Shown: in pieces, positions 25,435-35,109 of the stretch | How the letters are laid out: every line of letters starts with the position of its first letter | Numbering within the stretch: position 1 is the first letter of the stretch | Source: Candidatus Izemoplasmatales bacterium | GTDB lineage: Bacteria > Bacillota_I > Bacilli_A > Izemoplasmatales > Hujiaoplasmataceae | Assembly: GCA_050177605.1 (NCBI GenBank) | Contig: JBFXGX010000003.1 | Coordinates: 84,006-130,717 of the forward strand | Reading direction: 5' to 3' | DNA length: 46,712 nt | Made by a program: the position numbers and the translations under genes | The notes under the pieces: generated by a model | Databases searched by the model: none | The model's input: only the letters and a program-made list of their open reading frames with translations | Told to the model about the DNA's origin: nothing

Positions 25435-28110
25435 TTAAAACAAGGTTTGTTGAACGATGATTGCGTCCTCATCTTCTTCTTCCTCTTCTTTTTCTAAAAC
25501 GACAAATTTCTTTTGTGCTATCTCTTCTTTTGCAGTATCGACTTTTGCCATGTCTTCTTGAATCGCAAGAATCTTTTCAAGTTCTAACATTACATCGTTT
25601 TGTTCTTCAATAACTTCCTCATCTGCAGGTTGTTCTTTATATAATTTCGCAAGAATGAGATGAGCTTCAAATGGCGTATTTTTATCCATCGCAAATCCAT
25701 AGGGACGTGATTCTTTTTCAAGAACGGGAACACCATGTTCGTATTTATCTGGTTTAAGTTCCTCTCCTGGAATCACAACGTCTCCTTCTTTTAGAAGAAT
25801 TCTAAATGTGATGTATTCTTTTAGTCTGAAGACATTTTCAGATAACATACCTATGAATTCATAAGGATTTGTTTTGACGCTCTTAAGGTAAGGTTTTCCT
25901 TTTGCAGGTCGATTCGATAGATCAATATTTGTGGTAAACTCGCGCTTAATCGCGCCGCGGTTTGTTAAGAATAATACTTCATCCTTACTAATCGCATTCG
26001 CGTATCTAGCACCAACTAATTCGTCCTCTCTTAAATTAATACCTTTCACACCTTTTGCGCTTAAGGATTGAATAGGTACAGTGGTTTCATCATATTTTAC
26101 GACATAACCATTTTTAGAGGCTAAGACGACAAAGGTATCATATTTTTCTTTTAAATCAACCGATACTAATGGATTGATTTTCGTCGAAGGCATCGCACTA
26201 TACGTTTTAGAAAGACGCGTTTGTTGGAATTCTTGAATCGCGACTTGTTTGATCATTCCGTCTTGATTTGCGAGTAATACGTATCGTTCTTCCTCAAAAT
26301 TATCGATGACTTTCATATCAAGAATATCTTCATGATCTTTCAGCCCGGCAAGTGTTCCGATATATTCGCCTAAATCTTTGTATTTCATATCAGGGACTTT
26401 ATAGACTGGAATATTGATGTAATTTCCAAGTGTCGTAAAAACAAGCAAGGTATCCCGAGTGTTTAGGACTTGTTGTTTTAAAATGACATCATCTTGTTTT
26501 AATCCTGTTGTCCCATTGGATGCTTGGAATGATTTTAATGATACTCGCTTAATGTAGCCATCTTGACTGAGTACAACGAGAACATTTTCATTTTGAATTA
26601 ATTCTTGTTCATCAATCTCAAGTTTTTTAATTTCATCCTTGATGACACTTTTTCTTGGGGTTGGTAAAAGTGTGATTAATTCAGTCATTTCTTTGATAAT
26701 CACTTTTTCGAGTTCAGCTTCATTATTTAAAATTTTGTTTAGCTGATTGATTAATTTTTGTAATTCAGTGTGTTCCTTTTTCATCTCTTCGACATCGGTG
26801 GATGAAAGTCGATATAATTGCAAGCTAACGATGGCGTCGGCTTGTGTTTCTGTGAATCCAAACAGCGACATAATCCGTTCAATCGAGTCTTTTTTTCCGA
26901 AAGAAGCACGAATGGTTTGAATAACTTCATCAAGAACATCAACCATTTTTAAGAAGCCTTCAACGATGTGACTTCTTTTTTCTGCTCTTCGAAGTTCATA
27001 ATTCGAACGGTTTCTGATGACTTCTTTTTGATGTTGTATATAGGAATCTAAAATTTCGACCAAACTTAAGAGTTTTGGGCTCTTTTGATCAATCGCAACC
27101 ATATTATAATTATAAGAAACACTTAAATCTGTATTTTTTAGTAAATATGCTAAAACAACCTCAGATGAGATTTCTTTTTTAATATCAACGACAATTCTTA
27201 ATCCTTCACGGTCTGATTCATCACGAACTTCAATAATTCCATCAATTTTTTTCTTTAGTCGAATATCATCAATCTTACGAACAAGATCAGCTTTATTGAC
27301 TTCATAAGGTATTTCAGTAACGATTAACTGCGTCTCAGTAACGTCGACTTTACTTCGGATAATCACTCGTCCTCGTCCAGTTTCAAACGCCCTTTTGATT
27401 TCATCGGTACCTTCGACAATCGCACCAGTAGGAAAATCTGGTCCTTGAATGATGCTACATAAATCATCAATCGTACAAAGTGGATTTTGAATACGGTATA
27501 CAGTGGCTAGGATCACCTCTTCAAAATTATGAGGAGGAATATTTGTCGCATAACCCGTTGCCATTCCCATCGCTCCATTGACAAGGATATTCGGAAATTT
27601 TGCTGGTAAAACAACTGGTTCATATTCTTCGTCGTCAAAGTTAGGGATAAAGTTCACAGTTCTTTTATCAATGTCTCTTAATAATTGTTCTGCATAGGGG
27701 CTAAGACGAGCCTCGGTATAACGCATTGCCGCAGCTGGATCATTATCGATTGATCCATTGTTTCCATGCATATCAATGAGGAGTGTTCCCATTTTCCAGT
27801 TTTGAGACATTCTCACCATCGCATCATAGACTGATGTATCTCCATGTGGATGATATTTGCCGATGACTTCGCCAACAATTCTAGCACTTTTTTTATAAGG
27901 TTTTGTCGATGTAATTCCTAAGACTTGCATTGCATATAATATCCGGCGTTGAACCGGTTTTAATCCATCGCGCACATCAGGAAGTGCACGGTCTTGAATA
28001 ATGTATTTTGAATATTTACCAAAACGGTCACCGACGATGGTTTCAAGATTTTCTTTTAAAATCTTTTCCTCGACGAAAACATCAATTTTAGCCTTCGTAC
28101 TTTTCGCCAT
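25435..28110 (-). CDS. parC: DNA topoisomerase IV subunit A
   Basis: DGLKPVQRR, YHPHGD and catalytic Tyr in AAMRYTE; no GyrA box; follows parE. Confidence 0.93.
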   Translation of the reverse strand: MAKSTKAKIDVFVEEKILKENLETIVGDRFGKYSKYIIQDRALPDVRDGLKPVQRRILYAMQVLGITSTKPYKKSARIVGEVIGKYHPHGDTSVYDAMVRMSQNWKMGTLLIDMHGNNGSIDNDPAAAMRYTEARLSPYAEQLLRDIDKRTVNFIPNFDDEEYEPVVLPAKFPNILVNGAMGMATGYATNIPPHNFEEVILATVYRIQNPLCTIDDLCSIIQGPDFPTGAIVEGTDEIKRAFETGRGRVIIRSKVDVTETQLIVTEIPYEVNKADLVRKIDDIRLKKKIDGIIEVRDESDREGLRIVVDIKKEISSEVVLAYLLKNTDLSVSYNYNMVAIDQKSPKLLSLVEILDSYIQHQKEVIRNRSNYELRRAEKRSHIVEGFLKMVDVLDEVIQTIRASFGKKDSIERIMSLFGFTETQADAIVSLQLYRLSSTDVEEMKKEHTELQKLINQLNKILNNEAELEKVIIKEMTELITLLPTPRKSVIKDEIKKLEIDEQELIQNENVLVVLSQDGYIKRVSLKSFQASNGTTGLKQDDVILKQQVLNTRDTLLVFTTLGNYINIPVYKVPDMKYKDLGEYIGTLAGLKDHEDILDMKVIDNFEEERYVLLANQDGMIKQVAIQEFQQTRLSKTYSAMPSTKINPLVSVDLKEKYDTFVVLASKNGYVVKYDETTVPIQSLSAKGVKGINLREDELVGARYANAISKDEVLFLTNRGAIKREFTTNIDLSNRPAKGKPYLKSVKTNPYEFIGMLSENVFRLKEYITFRILLKEGDVVIPGEELKPDKYEHGVPVLEKESRPYGFAMDKNTPFEAHLILAKLYKEQPADEEVIEEQNDVMLELEKILAIQEDMAKVDTAKEEIAQKKFVVLEKEEEEEDEDAIIVQQTLF

Positions 28111-30060
28111 CTACTCTTCCCCCTTGATTCGGTAATTATCTTCACTTTCAAAGGAGACAAATGTATCAATCCATTCTTTTCGTGGTTCTACTTTATCACC
28201 CATAAGGACGCTGATGCGTTGATCCGCATCGGCTAAGTCTTCAAGTTGAACTTGAATTAATGTTCTTGTTTCAGGATTCATTGTTGTATCCCAAAGTTGG
28301 GATGCATTCATTTCCCCCAAACCTTTGTACCTTTGAATATTGTAATTTTTGTATTTCTTACAAATGATTTCTCGATCTTCTTCTGTCCAAGCGTATTCAA
28401 TCTCTTCTTTTTTAGATCCTGTTTTGGTGATTTTATAAAGAGGAGGTAATGCGATATATAATTTTCCAGCTTCGACTAAAGCGCGCATGTAGCGGAAAAA
28501 GAACGTGATTAAAAGTACCTGAATATGGGCACCATCGGTATCCGCATCAGTCATAATAATCACTTTATTGTATTGTGCCTTATTGACTTGAAACTCCGTT
28601 CCTAGTCCTGCACCTAAAGTGGAGATAATCGTTCCTATTTCTTCATTTTTAAGAACATCTTCCATCTTTTGTTTTTCAGAATTAATGACTTTCCCTCGAA
28701 GTGGCAAAATCGCTTGAAAACGACGATCTCTTCCTTGTTTTGCACTGCCACCAGCACTATCCCCTTCAACTAAGAATAATTCGTTAATTTTTGGGTTTTT
28801 GGAAGTTGCTGGAGATAATTTTCCTGAAAGAATTGTGTCTTGTTTCGCGACTTTTTTTACAAGACGAGCGTCTTCTCTGGCTTTTCTTGCAGCCTCACGA
28901 GCATTACGTGCATTGAGTGATTTTTCAATCAACGTAGCACTGATTTGAGGATTCTCTGTTAAGTAGATTGTGAGTTTCTCGGAAATAACATTTTCGACGG
29001 CAGGTCGGGCTTCTGGAGAACCTAATTTGTTTTTCGTTTGACCTTCAAACTGGAGTAAACCTTCAGGGATTCTTACAGAGATGATCACTGTTAATCCCTC
29101 ACGTATATCTGCACCTTCTAATGCTAAATCTTTTTCTTTTAATAATCCAACTTTACGAGCGTAATCATTAAATACTTTTGTAAAAGCCGATTTAAACCCT
29201 GTCTCATGGGTCCCACCATCTTTGGTGCGAACGTTATTGACAAAGGAGATAACATTTTCTGAGTACGAACTTGAATATTGGAACGCAACTTCAACTTCAA
29301 TATCCGATGCACTCCCTTCAAAATAAACGGAGTTGTGTAAGACTGTTTTTGATGTATTTAAAAATTTAACATATTCTGAAATACCGTCTTCGTATAAATA
29401 GACCGCACGTTGTTTATTTCTTTCGTCGATTAATGTCACTTTCAGTCCTTTAATCAAAAAAGCACTTTCTCTTAATCGTTCTTCGAGGGTTTGAAAATGA
29501 AATAAGGTCGTTGAAAAAATGGTTGGGTCTGGTTTAAACCAAATCTCCGTACCTTGTTTTTTTGTTTCACCGATGACGATGAGTTCTTTGGTTTTTCTTC
29601 CACCATTTTCAAATCGCATTTGGTACATCAGTCCATCACGATGGACCGTAACCTCTAAGAATTCGGACAAGGCATTGACGACAGATGCTCCAACACCATG
29701 AAGACCACCACTGACTTTATAAGCACCACTATTTCCAAACTTACCACCTGCATGAAGTTTTGTAAAAATGACTTCAACGCCGGTCATTCCAGAAGTATGC
29801 ATATCAACAGGCATTCCACGACCATCATCGCTGACTAAAATCGAGTTATCTTCTTTTACGACAACTCGGATGCTTTTACCATAACCTGCCAATACTTCAT
29901 CAATCGAATTATCGACGATTTCCCACACCAAATGATGGAGACCTCTTGTATCAGTACTTCCAACATACATCCCTGGTCTTTTTCTGACAGCTTCTAAACC
30001 TTCAAGTATCTGCAGGGACTTGGCATTATATAATTCGGTTGCTTTTTCACTCATGTACAT
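28111..30060 (-). CDS. parE: DNA topoisomerase IV subunit B
   Basis: VRKRPGMY, EIVDNS, EGDSAGG, PLRGK and MTDADTDG motifs; divergent from plsY as in Bacilli. Confidence 0.93.
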   Translation of the reverse strand: MYMSEKATELYNAKSLQILEGLEAVRKRPGMYVGSTDTRGLHHLVWEIVDNSIDEVLAGYGKSIRVVVKEDNSILVSDDGRGMPVDMHTSGMTGVEVIFTKLHAGGKFGNSGAYKVSGGLHGVGASVVNALSEFLEVTVHRDGLMYQMRFENGGRKTKELIVIGETKKQGTEIWFKPDPTIFSTTLFHFQTLEERLRESAFLIKGLKVTLIDERNKQRAVYLYEDGISEYVKFLNTSKTVLHNSVYFEGSASDIEVEVAFQYSSSYSENVISFVNNVRTKDGGTHETGFKSAFTKVFNDYARKVGLLKEKDLALEGADIREGLTVIISVRIPEGLLQFEGQTKNKLGSPEARPAVENVISEKLTIYLTENPQISATLIEKSLNARNAREAARKAREDARLVKKVAKQDTILSGKLSPATSKNPKINELFLVEGDSAGGSAKQGRDRRFQAILPLRGKVINSEKQKMEDVLKNEEIGTIISTLGAGLGTEFQVNKAQYNKVIIMTDADTDGAHIQVLLITFFFRYMRALVEAGKLYIALPPLYKITKTGSKKEEIEYAWTEEDREIICKKYKNYNIQRYKGLGEMNASQLWDTTMNPETRTLIQVQLEDLADADQRISVLMGDKVEPRKEWIDTFVSFESEDNYRIKGEE

Positions 30061-30084
30061 AACCTCTTTTTCACTTACCTATTT

Positions 30085-30140
30085 ATTATACCAAACTTTT
30101 ACATTTTTTTCCTTCCTTTTTTTTGATATTATGGTATAAT
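30085..30140. promoter_or_regulatory. Divergent extended -10 promoters for parE and plsY
   Basis: TGGTATAAT on the minus strand (30093-30085) and on the plus strand (30132-30140). Confidence 0.65.
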
Positions 30141-30165
30141 CTTAACTAGTTTTGGAGGTCTTATT

Positions 30166-30813
30166 ATGTTCAATATCTTATTTTTATTCCTTGCTTACTT
30201 ACTCGGGTCAATTCCCTTCTCTTATTTGTTTGGCGAACTATTTAAACATCAAGATTTAAGGAAGTTTGGAAGCGGTAATTTAGGCGCTACAAACGCATTT
30301 AGAGTCTTTGGAAAAGCAGTCGGATCTCTTGTGATGGTTTTCGATGTAGTGAAGAGTGGTTTACTCGTTTTCTTAATGATTCACTACAGTGAAACTTTCT
30401 CCTTTATCACCATTGATCCACTCTACTTCGGTTTAGCAAGTGTGATTGGTCATGTCTACCCTGTTTGGTTCAAATTTAAGGGTGGAAAAGGTGTCGCTAC
30501 CTCTTTTGGATTACTACTTGCATTTGATTGGAAAATAGCACTCATTATGGCACTCATTTTCTTCGCAATCCAAATTGCGACGCGTTATGTCAGCGTTAGT
30601 TCCGTATTATCTGCAGTAGCTGTATTCTTCCTCAATGTGTATTTATATTTCTTTAGTGGAAATCCGATGTATCATACTATTCATCTTTTGATTGTGACGT
30701 TTGTGGCGGTAATGATTATTGTGTTTAAACACTCATCAAATTACGAACGACTTAAAAAAGGAACTGAAAACAAAGTCAAATGGTTAGATTTTCTCGATAA
30801 GAAAAAGAGTTGA
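30166..30813 (+). CDS. plsY: Glycerol-3-phosphate acyltransferase
   Basis: YLLGSIP, GSGNLGATN, GHVYP...FKGGKGVAT and KHSSN motifs. Confidence 0.96.
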   Translation: MFNILFLFLAYLLGSIPFSYLFGELFKHQDLRKFGSGNLGATNAFRVFGKAVGSLVMVFDVVKSGLLVFLMIHYSETFSFITIDPLYFGLASVIGHVYPVWFKFKGGKGVATSFGLLLAFDWKIALIMALIFFAIQIATRYVSVSSVLSAVAVFFLNVYLYFFSGNPMYHTIHLLIVTFVAVMIIVFKHSSNYERLKKGTENKVKWLDFLDKKKS

Positions 30814-30845
30814 AATTCAGATGAATTTTCAACTCTTCTTTTTTT
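30805..30845. terminator. Terminator between the convergent plsY and InlB-repeat genes
   Basis: AAGAGTTGAAA...TTTCAACTCTT hairpin followed by a T tract. Confidence 0.75.
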
Positions 30846-33800
30846 ATCTTTTTTTCAATAGTAATGCCAAAATTTCTTTTTTAAAGAGGACTCCTGTCGA
30901 GGCGGTTCCACCAATCGCAAGCAATCCAATAATATACCACCAGGAGAATTTCGTTTGTTCCTCAATGGTAAAATGAAGTGTTGTCACATTGTCTTGGGTA
31001 TCCGTCACGACTAACGTATATGTTCCTGGGTCAGTTACTACAGTTCCACTCGCGAATGGATGACCGTTTAACAGGGCTGTGCCCTCATTAAAGGTAATCG
31101 TCGCATCTTGACCATAAGTGAAGATCTGATAATCACTAACACCATTCACAATTGGTGGCGTTTCATCGACGAAACGCGCAACGACAGTAACATCCCTTTC
31201 AGGCATCGTAAACGTTGATGGATTAATTAACTCATCACCGATGTACCAGCCAACAAATTCATAATTCGTTTTGGTTGGATTGTCTAACCAAGGCACTGTG
31301 CTTCCATAACCTAATTCAATTTCAAAATTAACGCCATTCACACTGAAATATAATGTATAGAATATTTCCGTCCATTTTGCATATAATGTAAGATTCGTAG
31401 AAGGCATGTTCAGTAACTCAAATTTTGTATTTAGGGTCGTATCCGTATACCATCCATCAAATGAATATCCTATGCGCGTAGGGATTGGCAAATCTATCAG
31501 ACTGTCATAACGATATTCTTCCCAAGCAATACTATTTCCTCCACGACTATCATAAGTAATGGTATAGTTATTCGGTGTGAAACGCGGATAAAAAGATAGG
31601 TCTTCAGAAGGCATTGTTAAAGGAATCGCTTGACTCCATCCAACAAATGTATAGCCATCCAATCTTGAGGGGATGACACTTTGAATAGGAATTAATCCAT
31701 CCATATAATCAAATGTATATTGATTCAAAATGGTCGTTTGATCAGCCTCATAAAAAGTGACAGTATAACTCCTTATGGTCCATTTTGCATAAAGAGTAAT
31801 GTCTTCAAGCATGAACGAACTTAAGTCAGTAATGACTTCGCCAGTACCCTCACTATTTAAATAAAATCCATCAAACTGATACCCAGCCCTAGAAGGATCG
31901 TAAAAGTCAAAGCTGTCTCCTAAGGTAAACGTGGCAGGATTTCTAGAATCATTCACACCACCTATTAACATATAAGTTATCTGATATGGATGAAGTGTCC
32001 ATTTCACATACAAGGTGATATCTTCTCCTGGCATTGTATCAAAGAGATAAGTAGTCGAGTAGGTGAGATCGGTATAATATCCATCAAAATCATAACCTAA
32101 ATACGTTGGCGCTGTCAAAGGCGCAGAAATCGCCTCTTGATACAACGCTTGAATCAGTGGGATAGCTGAACCTCCCTGGGTATCAAAATAGATTCGGTAT
32201 TCTCCTATTGTATAATTCGCAGTAATCGTGACATCGTGATTGGGCATGGTCAAAGGAATTGACGAAGACCATCCACTGAGGTCATATCCATATTTATCTC
32301 CCAGAGGATAGCTCACGGCCGATAAATCAGTTTGATATAGATAATCATTGGTCCAAATCGTTTGACCTTCATCATCGACAAAAGTAAGCGTGTACAGATC
32401 GAGCGTCCATAATGCATAGAGTTCATAATCTTGTAAATCTTCTTCTCCCGTTGAAATCGATGAAACCGAATTTCCTAAATATGTATTATCAAGATACCAT
32501 CCAACAAAGGAATACCCTTCTTTCGTTGGATTTTCCAAAGTGAGTGGTGTATCTAACAAAGTATAACTATCTGGATTTGAAGGGTGATTTAGTCCTCCAT
32601 CTAAATGATAATTGATTTGATAAGCATGCGGTGTCCAAGAAGCATAAAGATCTGTGTCACTCGATAAAGGATAGGGGAAAGTAACAGAAGTTAGAAGCGC
32701 TTCATCGCTGTACCATCCAGAAAAATCATAATCTTTTCTTTCGGTCTCGGGGCTATAACCAAGAACATAACCCGTTGGCACAAGATTATAAACATGAAAA
32801 CTCAAATCATCTAGTGAAGAGATAATCATTTCGACTTCAAGGTCTTGATCGATATCCATAAACATAATCTGTGATGGACTGGCTATGGCCATACTGGTAC
32901 TACCATATCCACTGGATGAATTAAATAAAGTGGTTTGAACTGAAGAGGACTGAGGTACAATATAATCTAAAAATCCATTTTCGTCGGTATCATAATAGGT
33001 TCCTCCACCGAGTGAAGAATAAGAATACATCTCAAGCCTCGTAAACGAAGTGTTGCCATTATTGAGATAGACTGCATAATAACTATCCGCGATATTACCA
33101 CTTTCTAAACTAATAAAATCTTTATCTCCATCATTATCAAAATCGACATAATCAAGCGATGTTGGTTTTGCGAGTGTTGTACTAATTAAGTGAGACGATG
33201 TAAAACTTCCAAGTGAATCATTTTCAACCCACATCACTTTATAGTCATCATAAGCTGAGAACGCTAAATCTAAATCACCATCTAGGTCAATATCCGAAAG
33301 GACGAGATCATATGGATGAGGCGCTGTGTATAATATGGTTTCTGTCGAAAATGTATGAAGTGACGTCTGGAAAAAACAAAGTACTTGGTTGGTGTTTGTA
33401 GAATTGACGACGATATCAGGATAAATATCATCATCTACAAGCCCAATTTCAAGGTCAGTAGCTTCGTCGAGTGGTGCGACTTGATTCACTGTTGAAGTTG
33501 TAAAATTACCACTTCCGTCGTTATAAAAGATGACTACCACATTACGATTAGACACACCAACAATATCAAGATCATCATCTAAATCGATATCATATAGTTT
33601 TAAGGAGGTGAATTGTACGCTTAATGAGCTAATCAAATGCTCAGTATAAGTACCATTTCCATGATTTTCAATCCAGCCGAGATAAAGATTTTGATAGAGA
33701 GAAAAAACGATATCTTGTTCTGTATCTTGATTGATGTCACCTAGTTCAAACAACACACTCGTTTCCGCTTCACTCATTAAAGGTAGAGAAGGGTCAATGA

Positions 33801-33969
33801 CTTCTTGAAAAACATAACTCATCTCATAAGACGAACTCATATCGACTGTACTACCACCATTTTCATGAAATGTCACAGTATAATCAGTGAGACTATCAGC
33901 GAAAACGACAGAGACTGAAAATAAAAAAAAGAAAATGAGAAAAAGCAGGATGGACGTTTTTATCTTCAT
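30844..33969 (-). CDS. Large surface protein with FG-GAP/VCBS repeats, InlB B-repeats and a C-terminal membrane anchor
   Basis: Signal peptide; repeated DxDxDGDxD motifs; about 8 repeats of YxIxF..GG...P...GYxFxGWY...LYAKW; C-terminal TM and basic tail. Confidence 0.88.
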   Translation of the reverse strand: MKIKTSILLFLIFFFLFSVSVVFADSLTDYTVTFHENGGSTVDMSSSYEMSYVFQEVIDPSLPLMSEAETSVLFELGDINQDTEQDIVFSLYQNLYLGWIENHGNGTYTEHLISSLSVQFTSLKLYDIDLDDDLDIVGVSNRNVVVIFYNDGSGNFTTSTVNQVAPLDEATDLEIGLVDDDIYPDIVVNSTNTNQVLCFFQTSLHTFSTETILYTAPHPYDLVLSDIDLDGDLDLAFSAYDDYKVMWVENDSLGSFTSSHLISTTLAKPTSLDYVDFDNDGDKDFISLESGNIADSYYAVYLNNGNTSFTRLEMYSYSSLGGGTYYDTDENGFLDYIVPQSSSVQTTLFNSSSGYGSTSMAIASPSQIMFMDIDQDLEVEMIISSLDDLSFHVYNLVPTGYVLGYSPETERKDYDFSGWYSDEALLTSVTFPYPLSSDTDLYASWTPHAYQINYHLDGGLNHPSNPDSYTLLDTPLTLENPTKEGYSFVGWYLDNTYLGNSVSSISTGEEDLQDYELYALWTLDLYTLTFVDDEGQTIWTNDYLYQTDLSAVSYPLGDKYGYDLSGWSSSIPLTMPNHDVTITANYTIGEYRIYFDTQGGSAIPLIQALYQEAISAPLTAPTYLGYDFDGYYTDLTYSTTYLFDTMPGEDITLYVKWTLHPYQITYMLIGGVNDSRNPATFTLGDSFDFYDPSRAGYQFDGFYLNSEGTGEVITDLSSFMLEDITLYAKWTIRSYTVTFYEADQTTILNQYTFDYMDGLIPIQSVIPSRLDGYTFVGWSQAIPLTMPSEDLSFYPRFTPNNYTITYDSRGGNSIAWEEYRYDSLIDLPIPTRIGYSFDGWYTDTTLNTKFELLNMPSTNLTLYAKWTEIFYTLYFSVNGVNFEIELGYGSTVPWLDNPTKTNYEFVGWYIGDELINPSTFTMPERDVTVVARFVDETPPIVNGVSDYQIFTYGQDATITFNEGTALLNGHPFASGTVVTDPGTYTLVVTDTQDNVTTLHFTIEEQTKFSWWYIIGLLAIGGTASTGVLFKKEILALLLKKR

Positions 33970-34032
33970 TGTAATGCCCCCTTATCTATTTTTATTATAT
34001 CAAAATAGCTGCTTATTTAAACCCTATAAAAG

Positions 34033-34058
34033 AAAAAAACCATCGAAATGGTTTCTTT
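34033..34058 (-). terminator. Terminator after yneF
   Basis: AAACCAT-cgaa-ATGGTTT with a T tract on the minus strand. Confidence 0.6.
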
Positions 34059-34061
34059 TGT

Positions 34062-34277
34062 TTATTTTGCTTGTTTCATAGCGGCCATCGTTTGTCTTAC
34101 TTGTTTTTCCGATGGTGTTCTTCCCATAGATGTATACATTGCACGTATCATCGCTTCATTAATTGGTGGATTCTTTTCAAGTTGATTTGTGAACACTTTT
34201 CTAGAAATAAAATATCCAGCAACTAATCCTACTAATAATCCGATAACAGCTAAACCGATACCTAATCCTACACTCAT
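34062..34277 (-). CDS. yneF: YneF/UPF0154 family membrane protein
   Basis: N-terminal TM, NPPINEAMIRAMY.SMGRTPSEKQV. Confidence 0.92.
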   Translation of the reverse strand: MSVGLGIGLAVIGLLVGLVAGYFISRKVFTNQLEKNPPINEAMIRAMYTSMGRTPSEKQVRQTMAAMKQAK

Positions 34278-34304
34278 TTTATCAGCTCCTTATTCTTCCA
34301 TTTT

Positions 34305-34333
34305 ATTGTATCAAATAAGTTCGTTTTAATCAA
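34305..34333 (-). promoter_or_regulatory. Sigma-A promoter of yneF
   Basis: TTGATT, 17-bp spacer, TACAAT with a TG extension. Confidence 0.65.
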
Positions 34334-34387
34334 GAAAAATAAGTGTGAAAAAATATTATGAAATTGTTTTCAATCGTCAACTTCTTC

Positions 34388-34416
34388 TTTACAAATCGAT
34401 GAATGATTGATACAAT
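34388..34416 (+). promoter_or_regulatory. Sigma-A promoter of the ferredoxin gene
   Basis: TTTACA (34388-34393), 17-bp spacer, TACAAT (34411-34416) with a TG extension. Confidence 0.7.
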
Positions 34417-34458
34417 ATTCTCGTAGTATTAATCTATCTCAATAAGGGAGGGATATTT

Positions 34459-34626
34459 ATGCCAAGAAGAATTTTAGATACTTGTATCGCATGTGGAACA
34501 TGTGCTGAAAACTGTCCAGTTGATTGCATCAGCGCAGGGGATATCTACGTAATTGATGCAGATCAATGTATTGACTGTGGAGTTTGCGAAGTAAACTGCC
34601 CTGTTGAATGTATCATTACAGAATAA
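34459..34626 (+). CDS. 2[4Fe-4S] clostridial-type ferredoxin, 55 aa (not in the ORF track)
   Basis: MPRRILDTCIACGTCAENCPVDCISAGDIYVIDADQCIDCGVCEVNCPVECIITE; two CxxCxxCxxxCP motifs; RBS GGGAGG. Confidence 0.95.
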   Translation: MPRRILDTCIACGTCAENCPVDCISAGDIYVIDADQCIDCGVCEVNCPVECIITE

Positions 34627-34637
34627 CTTTATTTATT

Positions 34638-34668
34638 AAAAAATAGCGACCTGGTCGCTATTTTTTTT
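34638..34668. terminator. Bidirectional terminator between ferredoxin and the MarR gene
   Basis: AAAAAATAGCGAC-ctg-GTCGCTATTTTTTTT. Confidence 0.85.
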
Positions 34669-35101
34669 ATCTTTTTCTAAAATAAGAAGCTACTTTTTCT
34701 AAAGATTGAATAAGAATTTCATCTTCTTCAATCTTTAAGTCTTCAAAGATTGCATCAATCATCTTTTGATGATAGAAATCATGGATTCGAAGAACGCGTT
34801 TCGCTGGTTGTTCTAGGGCAATTAAAACTTTTCGCCGATCACTTTCATCGGTGTAACGGCGCACATATCCTTTTTGAACCAATGTGTTAATTGCTGTGGT
34901 CGCTGAACCGACGGTAATTCCGAGTTTTTGAGCAATATTCGTCATGTTTGGTTCAGAAACGATATTAACAGCTTCAAGCACATGAACTTCATTCATGGAG
35001 ATTTTGACTCCTTGTTTCTTTAATTCTTCGCCTTCAATCGCTAAAATACGATTAAATATATCGACGAGTAGTTCATTGATAATTGCTTTGGCTTCACTCA
35101 T
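34667..35101 (-). CDS. MarR family regulator, FabT-like
   Basis: INELLVDIFNRILAIE...ISMNEVHVLEAV N-terminus resembles FabT; wHTH with DRR wing; H..YH..M C-terminal helix. Confidence 0.85.
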   Translation of the reverse strand: MSEAKAIINELLVDIFNRILAIEGEELKKQGVKISMNEVHVLEAVNIVSEPNMTNIAQKLGITVGSATTAINTLVQKGYVRRYTDESDRRKVLIALEQPAKRVLRIHDFYHQKMIDAIFEDLKIEEDEILIQSLEKVASYFRKR

Positions 35102-35109
35102 ATTGACCT

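Noticed and set aside
25435..30060. Calling the pair gyrB-gyrA
   Set aside because: No GyrA box, and the divergent plsY context indicates parE-parC
30844..33969. Repeats in the large surface gene as a DNA repeat array or CRISPR
   Set aside because: The repeats are visible only at the protein level, with no identical nucleotide repeats or spacers
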